Of a stretch of DNA of 64,000 nt, positions 23,810 to 35,754 are shown in pieces. The notes below the pieces were generated by a model, which worked only from the letters and a program-made list of their open reading frames with translations, was not told the origin of the DNA and made no database searches. Source of the stretch: Mobula hypostoma (taxonomy: Eukaryota); the NCBI RefSeq assembly GCF_963921235.1, contig NC_086100.1, positions 204,726,001-204,790,000 on the forward strand. Reading direction: 5' to 3'. Positions within the stretch are counted from its first letter, which is position 1; every line of letters starts with the position of its first letter. A program made the translations under genes and the position numbers.

Positions 23810-24117
23810 GAACGAGGGGTCACAGATTGAGGATAAAGGGGAAGCCTTTTAGGACCGAGATTAGGAAAAACTTCTTCACACAGCGAGTGGTGAATCTGTG
23901 GAATTCTCTGCCACAGGAAACAGTTGAGGCCAGTTCATTGGCTATATTTAAGAGGGAGTTAGATATGGCCCTTGTGGCTACGGGAATCAGTGGGTATGGA
24001 GGGAAGGCTGGTGCAGGTTTCTGAGTTGGATGATCAGCCATGATCATAATAAATGGCGGTGCAGGCTCGAAGGGCCGAATAGCCTACTCCTGCACCTATT
24101 TTCTATGTTTCTATGTT
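23810..24117 (+). mobile_element. CR1 3' end
   Basis: RTRGHRLRIKG..FFTQRVVNLWN plus (tttctatg)n tail. Confidence 0.9.
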
Positions 24118-24119
24118 TA

Positions 24120-24830
24120 AAGAATGGGTAATGACCTTTCAAGAATCACTCGATATGGAAGTGGTTCTGGTGGACTAAAAAGTTGTAAATGTCACTCCAT
24201 CCTTTAATAAGGGAAGGAGACAGATGAAACGAAATGATAGGACAGTTAGTCAGACCTCAGTGGTTGTTGTCCGTTCAGGATGATTTTTCGGGGTACTTGG
24301 CATTGCATGATAAAATGGGCCTCAGTCAACATGGTTTCTTTCAGGGGAAATCTTGTTTGAGAAATCCTCTTTGAGAAATCCGTTGAATTCTTTGATGAAA
24401 TAACAGGCAGGATAGACAAAGGAGAGACGGTGGATGTTGCTTGCTTGGATATTCAGATGGTCTTCAACAAGGTCTTGCACATGAAGCTGCTGAACAAGAT
24501 CACACCTCATGGTACTACAGGATAGATACTACCATCGGTCGAAGATTAGTTTACTGGCAGGAGACAAAGAGCCAGAACAATGCGAGCCTATTCTGTTTGC
24601 TGCCGGTAGCGAATGGCGTTCCGTTGGGTCGTTGTTGAGATTGCTTCTTTTCATGCTAGATTTCGACGATTGAGTGAGAGAGTTGATGGCCTGGTGAGCA
24701 ACTTTGGAGTTGAAAAGAAGGTAGGTGTCAAGCAGGTAGTTTAGAGTAAAGCGAGTGTCTGCAGAAGGACTTGGACAGGTTTGGAGAACAAGCAGTGAAG
24801 TGGCAGATGAAATACTGTGTGGGGACTGCG
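24120..24830 (+). mobile_element. Old degenerate CR1 RT fragment
   Basis: Remnants of NVTP.F.KG, SQHGF..GKSC and LD.Q..F.KV motifs. Confidence 0.65.
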
Positions 24831-25424
24831 GGTGTACAGTCAGGGATTCGGGTTCACTCAGCATAATGTTGCACGAACATTAATAGCAAAACATTCTGAT
24901 ACAATACAGGCTTCATTTTGTTACAGATAACATTACCATTTTGGTACTACAAGTAAAGTACATTTTCACAGTGGTGGCAAGGTGTTACGACACCCCTCGC
25001 CATCTCTAAAAAACCTTCAAACCCTGCACCACTCTCCATTTCTGTAAACCCCTCCGACCTCTACACCCCTCGCCATCTCTAAAAATCCTTCCAACCCCTA
25101 CATCACACCCCGTTTCGGAGTCAAGACCCAGGTTCCTAGTCCCAACCAAGACCGAGGTTCCGGGTCCTTGTCCAGGCTCTAGTTGCGGAGTACCTTGTCC
25201 CTAGTCCAGGCTCCTTGTTCCTAGTTCCTTGTCCGGGTTCTGTGTTTCCTGTCCATGTTCTAGCCCAGGCCCTGCACCTTAGTCTCGTCCAGGGCCTGTA
25301 TCAACGTCCAGCGTCCTTTCTTCCCCACTTCTCTTGCTTTCTTGACACACCGAGTCCCGTTCTTAGTACTTCAGTGCCTGGGCCTTGCATTTGAGTCCGC
25401 TCCCAATGCCCGCCTTATGACACA

Positions 25425-26110
25425 TCATCCCCCACAAATTCTCTCATCTCCAGCCACCAAACACACTTTTATCCCACCGCCCCCCACCCCGCCAACTTTC
25501 TGTTTTCAACAGAGATTTCCCTATCTATTCGGCCCTCCCCACTAATTCCTTTCTTGGAATATGTCCTTCCAAGCGAGGGAAGTGCTACACGTTCCTATTT
25601 ACCTCCCCACTCACTCCATTCAGGATCACCATCAGCCCTTCCAGGTGAGGCAACACTTCACCTGCGGGTCTGTTGGGTTCATCTACTGTATTCGGCGCTC
25701 CCAGTGCGGCCTCCCGTACATCAGTGAGGCCCGATGTAGATTGGGAGACGGCTTTATCAAGCACATTCGTTCCGTCCGCAACGAACTGTATTTCCCAATG
25801 ACCAACCATTTAAAATCCACTCTTAATCCCAATTTTGACATGCCTGTTCATTGTTCTACTACCAAGATAAAGCCACTCTCTGGTTGGAGGATCAACACCT
25901 CATATTGCATCTGAGTCACCTCCAACCTGACGTCTTGAGCATCAATTTCTTTAACTTCCACCTCAACCTTCTCTTTTCCCTCTCTCATTCTGTCCTCCCT
26001 CTTCGCTTCTCCTCCACTACGTCATATTTCTCTCTGGTGTCTCGTCTCCTGCCCTTTCTCCCATGATCCACTCTCCCACGCTGTCAGATTCCTACTTTTC
26101 AGCCCAGTTC
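25425..26110 (+). mobile_element. Old Penelope-like 3' fragment (GIY-YIG region)
   Basis: FQVRQHFTC..IYCIR.S.CGL.YI.E..CRLGD.F..H. Confidence 0.75.
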
Positions 26111-26779
26111 TTTTTCCAAACAATTGAGAAATGAGTGTCCTTGTCGGTGTCTACAACGGAATTTTTATCAGTTTTAGCTGAGTTAAAAAAAATAAAATTA
26201 ATAAACATGCAATTCTACTGGAGTGAATGTAGAGGAGAGTCAACACTCCATTTGATCGGATTGAAATTTATTGGAAATCAGGAGGTGAGATGACATTATT
26301 TTCCTTGAAGCAGAGTAGGCATCGAAGGTTTCCGTAAAAAATTGCGCAATTATGAATGAGTGCTGTGGTGTTAAACACTCCTCCGTAACATCTTTATCTA
26401 ATGCGATGGACAAGTGCAAGCTTTACTGTAAGTTCGTTTTGACATTTTTTTCCATTTAATTCCAATGCAAAAGACTAAAGTAACAAATGAGTGGCATTTT
26501 TGCCTATTTAGTCTTGAAAGTCCCCAGAACCTGTCTCGCTTTCTCAGACCGAAAAGGGTCTGGCGGTGACGAGAGCGGGAATATGGTGGAAAACTGAAAA
26601 TAAAAGGTAGGTTAAGCTTAATGATTGGTAGGAGTGGAGGTCGCGGCGTGCGGGTGCCGGAGAGTCTGTTCCTGTGCTGTGTTTCTCTCGGGCTCTAAAC
26701 CAGATTTACTCTCCCCGCTGTCACGTTCTCCGATGACCGCCGGTTCTGTAGAGTCAAGATCGAAAACATTGCGATGCCG

Positions 26780-27574
26780 CCGAGAAGAGTTTGTTAATTA
26801 GCTGAATAATTGACATGAGCGGATATTACGCTGCGCTGATGATCTGCTCTCTGAACTTGGACTGAGTTACCCCATAAATAAACGTGTTCGTGCAACAGCT
26901 TAATATCATCCGCATGTCTCCCGCGTGTTGAAATATGTATTCAGAATCGTTGTAATTATTCCGATCCAGTCCGGCAATAATGTAATAAAGGAATTCGGCA
27001 ACGCTCACCGACCACAGGATGATGAACCTTCCGGAGATGGTGAGAAGTAAGGTCACAGACCTCCTCCTGCTCTCCATCTCCAGGTCACTGCAGTTCTCCG
27101 CCTTGCTCTGACCCCTCAGCCCCTTACGGACTCATATCCCACCCACCCGGGATCCGTATCGCAGCCCGGTATTTCAATACAGTCCCACGATATATTGTCA
27201 ACCACTTTCACAGGACGATATATAAAGACGAAGGGCACATTATTAAAACAGAGCAGAACGCCGGGTGTTGTCAGAACCACAGCCGCAGTTTTCCAGGTGC
27301 AATATTTCGTTTTCCACTTCTGGCAACAAATGGCGACACACCGATGCAAAGTAAAAGTGACGGTGAACCAGACAGAACAGTCTGTGGCAGCCTCTCCCAG
27401 GGGAGAGGTCACATTGCACACGGGTGTGATGTCCAGGAAAGTCCCGGGGAAGTAATATCACCGCAAACACGATGGTCAGTAGATCCGCCGCTGTCGTGGC
27501 CACCAGGTAGCGAGTGGTGCAGGTAGAGAGGCCGCTTTTTCCCCGGGACAGGATCACCATCGCCACTAAATTCA
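26780..27574 (-). pseudogene. GPR139-like class A GPCR pseudogene (main coding exon)
   Basis: VNLVAMVILSRGK.GLS.CTTRYLVA..AADLL; DCSVWFTVTFT..R.VAICCQK.KTKYCT; MESRRRS..LL..ISG; SCCTNTFIYGVTQSKFREQ, spread over three frames with deletions; acceptor ttgtttcccag at 27575. Confidence 0.8.
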
Positions 27575-29087
27575 CTGGGAAACAACAGAGAGAGCGAGTG
27601 AGTTGCTGTCTGCCCACTCCTTGGTTCTCGGGGCAGAGAGATGCTGGAAATGGAGAGCAGTTCATTCCCGGAGGTTTAAAACGCAGAAGGCAGGAATCGC
27701 CGGCGCCTCAAAGGTGCCGATGCCGGAAAAAACGGTACGGTCTGGGACGCTGCACGGAGAGCAGCGTTCGGGAAGGAGGCCGAGAACGCTTTGGAAAATC
27801 AGTGTAAATCTCTGTGCATCAGGTTTCTGACTGATATGATAAGCCGAGAAAGCCTCGGCAACTTTCTCAGCGACAGTGATTCCCGCGATCGGGTCACATC
27901 TGTTCACACTGTCCGGTCCCGCTCAGCCCCGCTGTCTCCGACTTTGTCCATGGACAGTTTCCAAAGCTCGTTGCAGATTTACTTCTCCTGTTCGCAGGCA
28001 TCGATCTCCTCCTCGGCTTCCGCCACACGGGCCCTGCTCCGCTCAGCTCGCTTATTTTAAATTCCGCAACCACTCTTCGCCGCGGTTCGGTCACACTCTG
28101 TCAGGGGATCGGATCAGAAAGTTCCCATGTTCGGTTTATTTAATATTCTCCCTGACCTGCTCCGAATTACTGCGGTATTATTCTACATGCTCCGGTGCTG
28201 AGTGACCCGGAGCGGAGTGTCGCCTGTAACTTACCCCGTCTGACCTGTATCGGACCCCGCTGTGTCGGCTCTGAACTTCTGCTTCACTGCATCGATATCC
28301 CGGCGTGGAAACAAACCCCGGGAAACAAAAACGCACAGACACCCTTATTTAATTTTTCCAAATTCCCGAAACTCTCGGGATCGAATATACAGTTGGTGTC
28401 ATTTTCAGGATATAAATGTACATTCTGTGTCAATAGCAGACTTGGCAATGTTGATTTGGTCCCTCAGCCAAATTGTTAATACAGTTGGGGAACAAGTGGG
28501 CTCCGAGCACCGGTCCCTACAACACCGACTGGGACGTCCTGCAGGCCCAGGAAGGGTCTGGTTATTCCTTGTATTTAAACGCACAGACACCAGGGACAGG
28601 AGCAGGCCATTCGGCCCCTCTAGCACGTCCTGTCATTCAATAAGACCCGGGACCCATCACCACTCCTATCCCCACTTTGCCTTGACCATTGGCCCCGCTT
28701 GTAGGTCAACAGGCTGCCGGTGTTTGCCCCCCAATATGGTGAATCCCTCTGCTCGCCACCACAGTGGGCTCAGACATTTTGCATGAACTCCTTGCTCTTT
28801 TTGGCAAGTGTTATCCCCGATGCAGGTTGCTACTCCAACGAAGACTCGATAAGGTCGATCCTTTATCAAACTGCCGAACGATGCCGACTCCTCCGGATCC
28901 CTCGATCCTGCACTTCGATAAATTCTTCACTCTCCCTTCTAATCTTGGAATTGAGTAAATCAACACATCTAGCAAAAACTTCCAGTCCAATAATATGGGA
29001 TCTTGCAACAGAATGCACACTCTGTTTTAAAAATGAAACTGCGTCACAAACATAAACACGCAACAGAAACGGAGATACAGCACGTTC

Positions 29088-29210
29088 TCACATCAAAGTT
29101 GCCGGTGAACGCAGCAGGCCAGGAGGCATCTCTAGGAAGAGGTACAGCCGACGTTTCAGGCCGAGACCCCGGTCTCAGCCTGAAACGTCGACTGTACCTC
29201 TTCCTAGAGA
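29088..29210. repeat. Fold-back Penelope tail fragment; 40-bp inverted repeat
   Basis: 29129-29168 is the reverse complement of 29171-29210 (2 mismatches, 2-nt spacer); the sequence matches the Penelope tail near 41300-41380. Confidence 0.9.
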
Positions 29211-29238
29211 GTCATGGGTCACTCTCTATCCATGAATC

Positions 29239-31394
29239 ATGGATCTAAAAAGCGTGGATTGGAACAGGTTGTTCTCTGGCAAAGATGTGATTGGTAGGTG
29301 GGAAGCCTTCAAAGGGGAAATTTTGAGAGTGCAGAGTTTGTATTTTCCTGTCAGGATTAAAGGCAAATTGAATAGGAATAAGGAACCTTGGTTCTCAAGG
29401 GATATTGCAACTCTGATAAAGACGAAGATGGAGTTGTATGAAATGTATAGGGAACAGGAAGTAAATCAGATGCTTGAGGAGTATAGGAAGTGCAAGAAAA
29501 TACTTAAGAAAGTAATCAGGAGGGCTAAAAGAAGACATGAGGTTGCCTTGGCAGTCAAAGTGAAGGATAATCCAAAGAGCTTTTACAGGTATATTAAGAG
29601 CAAAAGGATTGTAAGGGATAAAATTGGTCCTCTTGAAGATCAGAGTGGTCGGCTATGTGCGGAACCAAAGGAAATGGGGGAGATCTTAAATAGGTTTTTT
29701 GCGTCTGTATTTACTAAGGAAACTGGCATGAAGTCTATGGAATTGAGGGAATCAAGTAGTGAGATCATGGAAACTGTACAGATTGAAAAGGTGGAGGTGC
29801 TTGCTGTCTTGAGGAAAATTAAAGTGGATAAATCCCCGGGACCTGACAGAGTATTCCCTCGGACCTTGAAGCAGACTAGTGTTGAAATTGCGGGGGCCCT
29901 GGCAGAAATATTTAAAATGTCGCTGTCTACGGGTGAGGTGCCGGAGGTTTGGAGAGTGGCTCATGTTGTTCCGTTGTTTAAAAAAGGATTGAAAAGTAAT
30001 CCGGGAAATTATAGGCCGGTGAGTTTAACGTCGGCAGTAGGTAAATTATTGGAGGGAGTACTAAGAGACAGAATCTACAAGCATTTGGATAGACAGGGAC
30101 TTATTAGGGAGAGTCAACATGCATTTGTGCGTGGTTGGTCATGTTTGACCAATCTATTGGAGTTTTTCGAGGAGGTTACCAGGAAAGTGGATGAAGGGAA
30201 GGCAGTGGATATTGTCTGCACGGATTTCAGTAAGGCCTTTGACAAGGTCCCACATGGGAGGTTAGTTAGGAAAATTCAGTCGCTAGGTATACATGGAGAG
30301 GTGGTAAATTGGATTAGACGTTGGCTCAATGGAAGACGCCAAAGAGTGGTGGCAGACAATTGCTTCTCCGAGTGGAGGCATGTGACTAGTAGTGTGCCAC
30401 AGGGATCAGTGCTGGGTTCATTGTTATTTGTCATCTATATCAATGATCTGGATGATAATGTGGTAAATTGGATCAGCAAATTTGCTGATGATACAAAGAT
30501 TGGAGGTGTAGTAAACAGTGAGTAAGGTTTTCAGAGCCTGAAGAGAGACTTGGACCAGCTGGAAAAATGGGCTGAAAAATGGCAGATGGAGTTTAATACA
30601 GACAAGTGTGAGGTGTTGCACGTTGGAAGGACAAACCAAGGTAGAACATACAGGGTTAATGGTAAGGCACTGAGGAGTGCAGTAGAACAGAGGGATCTGG
30701 GAATACAGATACAAAATTCCCTAAAAGTGGCGTCACAAGTAGATAGGGTCGTAAAGAGAGCTTTTGGTACATTGGCCTTTATCAATCAAAGTATTGAGTA
30801 TTAGAGCTGGAATGTTATGATGAGGTTGTATAAGGCATTGATGAGGCCGAATCTGGAGTATTGTGTTCAGTTTTAGTCACCAAATTACAGGAAGGATATA
30901 AATAAGGTTGAAAGAGTGCAGAGAAGGTTTACAAGGATGTTGCCGGGACTTGAGAAACTCAGTTACAGAGAAAGGTTGAATAGGTTAGGACTTTATTCCC
31001 TGGAGCGTAGAAGAATGAGGGGAGATTTGATAGAGATATATAAAATTATGATGGGTATAGATAGAGTGAATGCAAGCAGGCTTTTTCCACTGAGGCAAGG
31101 GGGAAAAAAAACTAGGGGACATGGGTTAAGGGTGGGGGTGGGAGTTTAAAGGGAACATTGGGGGGGGCTTCCTCACACAGAGAGTGGTGGGAGTATGGAA
31201 TGAGCTGCCAGATGAGGTGGTAAATGCGGGTTCTTTATTAACATTTAAGAATATATTGGACAGATACATGAATGGGAGGTGTATGGAGGGATATGGTCCG
31301 TGTGCAGGTCAGTGGGACTAGGCAGAAAATGGTTCCGCACAGCCAAGAAGGGCCAAAAGGCCTATGTCTGTGCTGTAGTTTCTATGGTTTCTAT
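29239..31394 (+). mobile_element. CR1 LINE ORF2 (RT) and 3' tail, disrupted by stops
   Basis: KSPGPD, NYRPVSLTS, DFSKAFDKVPH, PQGSVLG, FADDTK. Confidence 0.95.
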
Positions 31395-31497
31395 GTCATC
31401 ACGTGACCTCACATCGGTGGGAAAATCACATCAGGTGACCTCCAAAAGACCATTACATCATTCTCACAGAAAAAAAGATCTCCTTGAGCATGTAACA
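31392..31497 (-). repeat. Terminal fragment of the Gmr1-like LTR family
   Basis: Matches about 17001-17111 (atgtcatcacgtgacctcacat...tctccttgag..tg.aaca). Confidence 0.8.
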
Positions 31498-31499
31498 AT

Positions 31500-31858
31500 A
31501 GTAAATATTAAATTTTAAGTTATAAATCATAAATAGAGAACAGAAAAATGGAAAGTGTAAAAAAACCGAGAGGCAAGTCCAGTTATTTGGAGGGTACGGC
31601 CCAGATCCGGGTCAGGATCCGTTCAGCAGTCTTGTCACAGTTGGAAAGAAGCTGTTCCCAAATCTGGCCTACGAGTCTTCAAGCTCCTGAGCCTTCTCCC
31701 GGAGGGAAGAGGGACGAAAAGTGTGTTGGCTGGGTGGGTCGCGTCCTTGATTCTTGTTGACATTGAGGGATAGGTTGTTGTCTTCACACCATGCCAGCAG
31801 GTTCTTAATTTCCTCTCTGTACTCAAAGTCATCATTACCCGAGATACGGCCTACAATT
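31500..31858 (-). mobile_element. Internally deleted Rex1/Babar 3' fragment
   Basis: Reverse complement of pieces of 22455-22555 and 22880-23110. Confidence 0.8.
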
Positions 31859-32669
31859 ATGATTATGATTTCAGTGGTACAACAACATTAATCACTGGTT
31901 TCATCACTGAATACAGTGCTGTCAGATGTAAAGTCTCCTGTTATATGTCCGGTTGTGCCGTGTTGTTGGTGGAGTGGGCAGCGTGGTATTTATCTCGACT
32001 TGGGTCACAACACCAGAATTGCTAGCGGGGTCTACACACAGTATATTTGTCAACAGAAAAACTCTCATCCTTGCAGTCTTTGTCTCTTGGCAAACTCAAC
32101 ATGCTAACAATGTGCATCATAGTCACCTCTTCCTCTTTAAAGTCAGTTATTCATTCAGACAGCTGATTACTGAGCGGTATCATATTTGTTGATCATTAAC
32201 GTTCGCCCAGATTCGTTTGGATAGATTTGATGTGGAGTTCGGGGGTGTCACAGTGAAAGGACAGCAAGGCTGAACTCTCTCCCTTGTCCAAACAGTCCTT
32301 CCAGCTGAGGCACCAATTCACAATTTACTTCCTCTGACCTTTCATTCCCCTCACCTGCTTTTCACTTCTCCCTGGGTCCACTCCTCCATCCCTTTCTCCT
32401 ATTGTCTAATCTCCTCTCCGATTAGATTTTTTTTTCCTCCTGCTCTTGTGATTTCCCACCTACACTGGCTTCAACTATCATCTTCGAGCGAGCCTTTTCC
32501 TCACCCGCCCAGTTTTTATTCAGATATTTCCCCTTCCTTCTCAGTCCTGAAGAAGGATCTCAACTGGATATGTCGACTCTTTTCGATAGATGCTACCTGA
32601 CCTGCTGGGTTCCTTCAGCATTTTGTGAGGGTTTTTTGGGATTTCCAACATCTGCAGACTTCCTCGGGT

Positions 32670-32990
32670 TTGTGATTTCTTCTCCGTCGTCACGCCGGCC
32701 ACCGGTGGCGATGTGCAGTCCTCCGGTCGCCCGTGGCGCTGTGGTAACCTCCGAGCTTCCTGCTGGACGCAGGCGTAGTGCCGACCCCAGGTGTCACCGT
32801 GGTTCTCCCGAGAGGAGGGGATTTATGTCGTGTTCGTGTAGATCGGCGGCTGGTTGCGGATGGAAATGGTCGGGGCCGAGCTCTGACGAACGACAGGAGG
32901 CTTCGCTCTCTCTGGTATCGTAGCCGCGGTTTTAGCTTTGCTCTCGAGCCCGGGCTGTGGGATCAATTAGTTGTGGCTCCCTAAGTGGGG
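32670..32990 (+). promoter_or_regulatory. CpG-rich unique segment; possible promoter or first exon
   Basis: Visibly high CpG/GC against a CpG-poor background; followed by a G-rich intron-like tract. Confidence 0.35.
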
Positions 32991-33709
32991 AAGGGGTTTG
33001 GGGTTTGGGGATCTGTCTGTGTGTGTGGGGAGAGGTGGACGTGTGGGTGCGGGGTGAGGATGGGAAAGGTGTGGGACGATGGGCGATTGGGGGTGAGGGG
33101 AAGGTGGTGATGTGAGAAAGTGAGATGATCGGATGTTCCGTGACCCGGGTGAAATGAAGTAGGAGACAAGGGAGGATCTGGTCCATTGTATTGGACGCTC
33201 GCGTGTCCTTTCAGGAAGCAACAATTCTTCTCTTTATATCAATCACTGACTCATCTTGCTGTTAACTGTGTGTTTGTTACAAAGCCCCAGAGTGGGAAAC
33301 CGTTGTCACCCTCATGGGCTGCGAGTGCAGATTAGGAAGCGGGTGGGGAGTTGGGGGTGTCTGCGACTTCTGCGTCAAAGAAGGACACGGGTTTGTACAG
33401 CGGATTCGGATCTGTTGGCATATCTGCAGTTACAATGGGAAACGGGAAAAGGAAGATGCTGAGAAGGGAGAGATTTAATCAACGAAGCATGGTCAGGGGT
33501 GGAGGGGTATAGGAGCTGTCTGATAGATCGTTTTAATTTCTTTATATATAATCTCACAGATGGTGACTGAGGAAGAGGTTTAGTGAGGGAGGATACCCGG
33601 AATCAGTCACGGTATCAGGAGAGTGACAGTGATGTGATTTCCTGTGTCACGGATATAGACAGTAGTCTCATGTGAGCAGTTGGTAAAGGTGCAATTGTCA
33701 GTTGTTTAG

Positions 33710-33935
33710 CAGAACATTTTCGTGTTTGTATTATCCAGGTGATCTAAGGCTATGTGAAAAGCCATTGCGATCACATCTGCCATAGACCTATTGTGATGGG
33801 CAAATTGCAGTGGGTCCAGGCCCTTGCTGAGGCAGGAGTTCATTCTCACCATGACAAACCCTTCACATTTCATCACCAGAGATGTGAGAGCCACTGGATG
33901 ATAGTCATTAAGGCAGCTCACACTGCTCTTCATGT
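33710..33935 (-). mobile_element. Rex1/Babar RT fragment
   Basis: CLNDY.PVALTS.VMKC..LDPLQFA..NRS..D. Confidence 0.75.
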
Positions 33936-35754
33936 TACTTGTCATCTGTAATCAGTAATTTGGCTGAGAATGTACAGGGTATGGATTGTACATTTGTAGC
34001 AAGTAAGTTCAAATAATTGCGTTTTTGAAAAATAGTAGGTATAAACACTCCCCTCTGTTTCCTTGTCCCCAATCAGCCTCTCTCCATCCTTACTGCCTTC
34101 CCTCTCCACTCCATCTTCCCTCTTACCCCCACATTGGACATAAGTTCAAGGTGAAAGGTGAAATATTTTGGGGGAATCTGAAGGGAAATTCTTCACTCAG
34201 AGTTTGGTGAGAGTGCGGAATGAGCTGCCAGTGGAAGTGGTGGATGTGGGTTTGATTTAGACACTAAAGAGAAATTTGGCTGTGGACATGGATGGGAGGT
34301 GTATGGAGGCTATGGTGCAGGTAGTTGGAAACAGGCATTAAAAAACTAAACCAGGTCCACATTGACTAGAAGGGCCGAAGGGCTTGCTTCAGAGCTGCTG
34401 GTCTCTGTGACTGTAATACTATTCTGATCTGTAATTTCCACTGTCAGTGCTTTGCTGCTAATGACTGAACCCAGAAATTTACAGTGTGGGTGGAGAGGCT
34501 GACCAGTGACTGTTCCTGTGCTCAGAGTCACTGGGACGTCCCATCACTGAGCGGATTCTCTTTCACTGGGTCCGTCACTCAACAAGTTCATTGTTTACAG
34601 GAGATCACAGAACTCACAGAGAAGGGAATCCCGACAGAGGATTCCCCACTCTTCCTCAGCCTGGTGATGGGGAAAAGCTCCCAGTCCCAGGGAGAGATGT
34701 GGGAATCCTTTGTGGAAATGAGGAATGGGTTGGCAAAGTTGGACACAATGCTGAAAGAAATCCTGGAGTTCAGTATGGTAAAACAACACACTGAACTGAG
34801 AATCACATTGAAACATTGTAAACTGAACAATGTTATAGAACATAGATCAGTACAGCACAGGAACAATAGTTCGGACCTCAGTGTTCTTCGCTCCCTGAAA
34901 GTGGCCAAGTGAATTAATAATCAAATGGCTGACTAAACTAATCCATTATGCAGACACAATATCCATATCCCTTCATTTTCCTCACATTCATGTGCCTGTC
35001 TAAGAGTCTGTGAAAAGTCCCTACTACACAGTACCTGTCTCTACCAAACCCCAGGTGCTCATTCCAGGCTCTAACTAATCTGTCTAAAGAACCTGCCTTT
35101 CACACAGAGGTTGCCTTTCTCCTTTGAACTTACCCCTCTCTCCCTCTGGTATCAGACATTCCAACCCCTCAAAAGAGATACTGTCTGCCTACTCTATCTA
35201 TACCCCTCATAATCTTATAAACCTCTATCAGATTTCCTCTCAGTCTCCACTGCTCCAGAGAAAACAACCAGTTTGTCCAAACACAGGCCCTCTAATCCAG
35301 ACAGCATCCACGTAAACTCTTTTGCACTCTCTTCAACTCTGACATTTTTCCTAGAATGGGGCGACTGGAACTGTATGAAATATTCCAGATGTCGTCCAAC
35401 TAGAGTTTTATAAGTTTCAACATAACTTCCTGACTTTTGAACACAATGCCTTGACTCACAAAGGCAAGCACACCATTTGCCTTCTTAACCCCCTGTCAAT
35501 CTGTGTAGCCACGTTCAGGGAGTGATGAACTTGGACTCCAAGATCCCCCTGCTGATCACCACTGTTGCACTTAATAGTGTACCGTCTGTTTACATTTAAC
35601 CTGCCCAGGTGCAACACTTCACATATGGCCAGGTTAAGCTCCATCTGCCATTTCTCTGCCATTATCTGCAGCTAATTTACAGGATATCCCACTGTGCTCT
35701 TTGACTGTCATCTATTCCATCCACCCCCATGGACAGTTTTATCCGGTTGCTTAT

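Noticed and set aside
28666..29063. Overlapping short ORFs in unique-looking sequence
   Set aside because: No motif recognised and no consistent frame; a gene call would need a database search.
34484..34912. 142-aa ORF as a host gene
   Set aside because: No recognisable domain, and it runs into a CR1-like tail; at most it overlaps a small exon.
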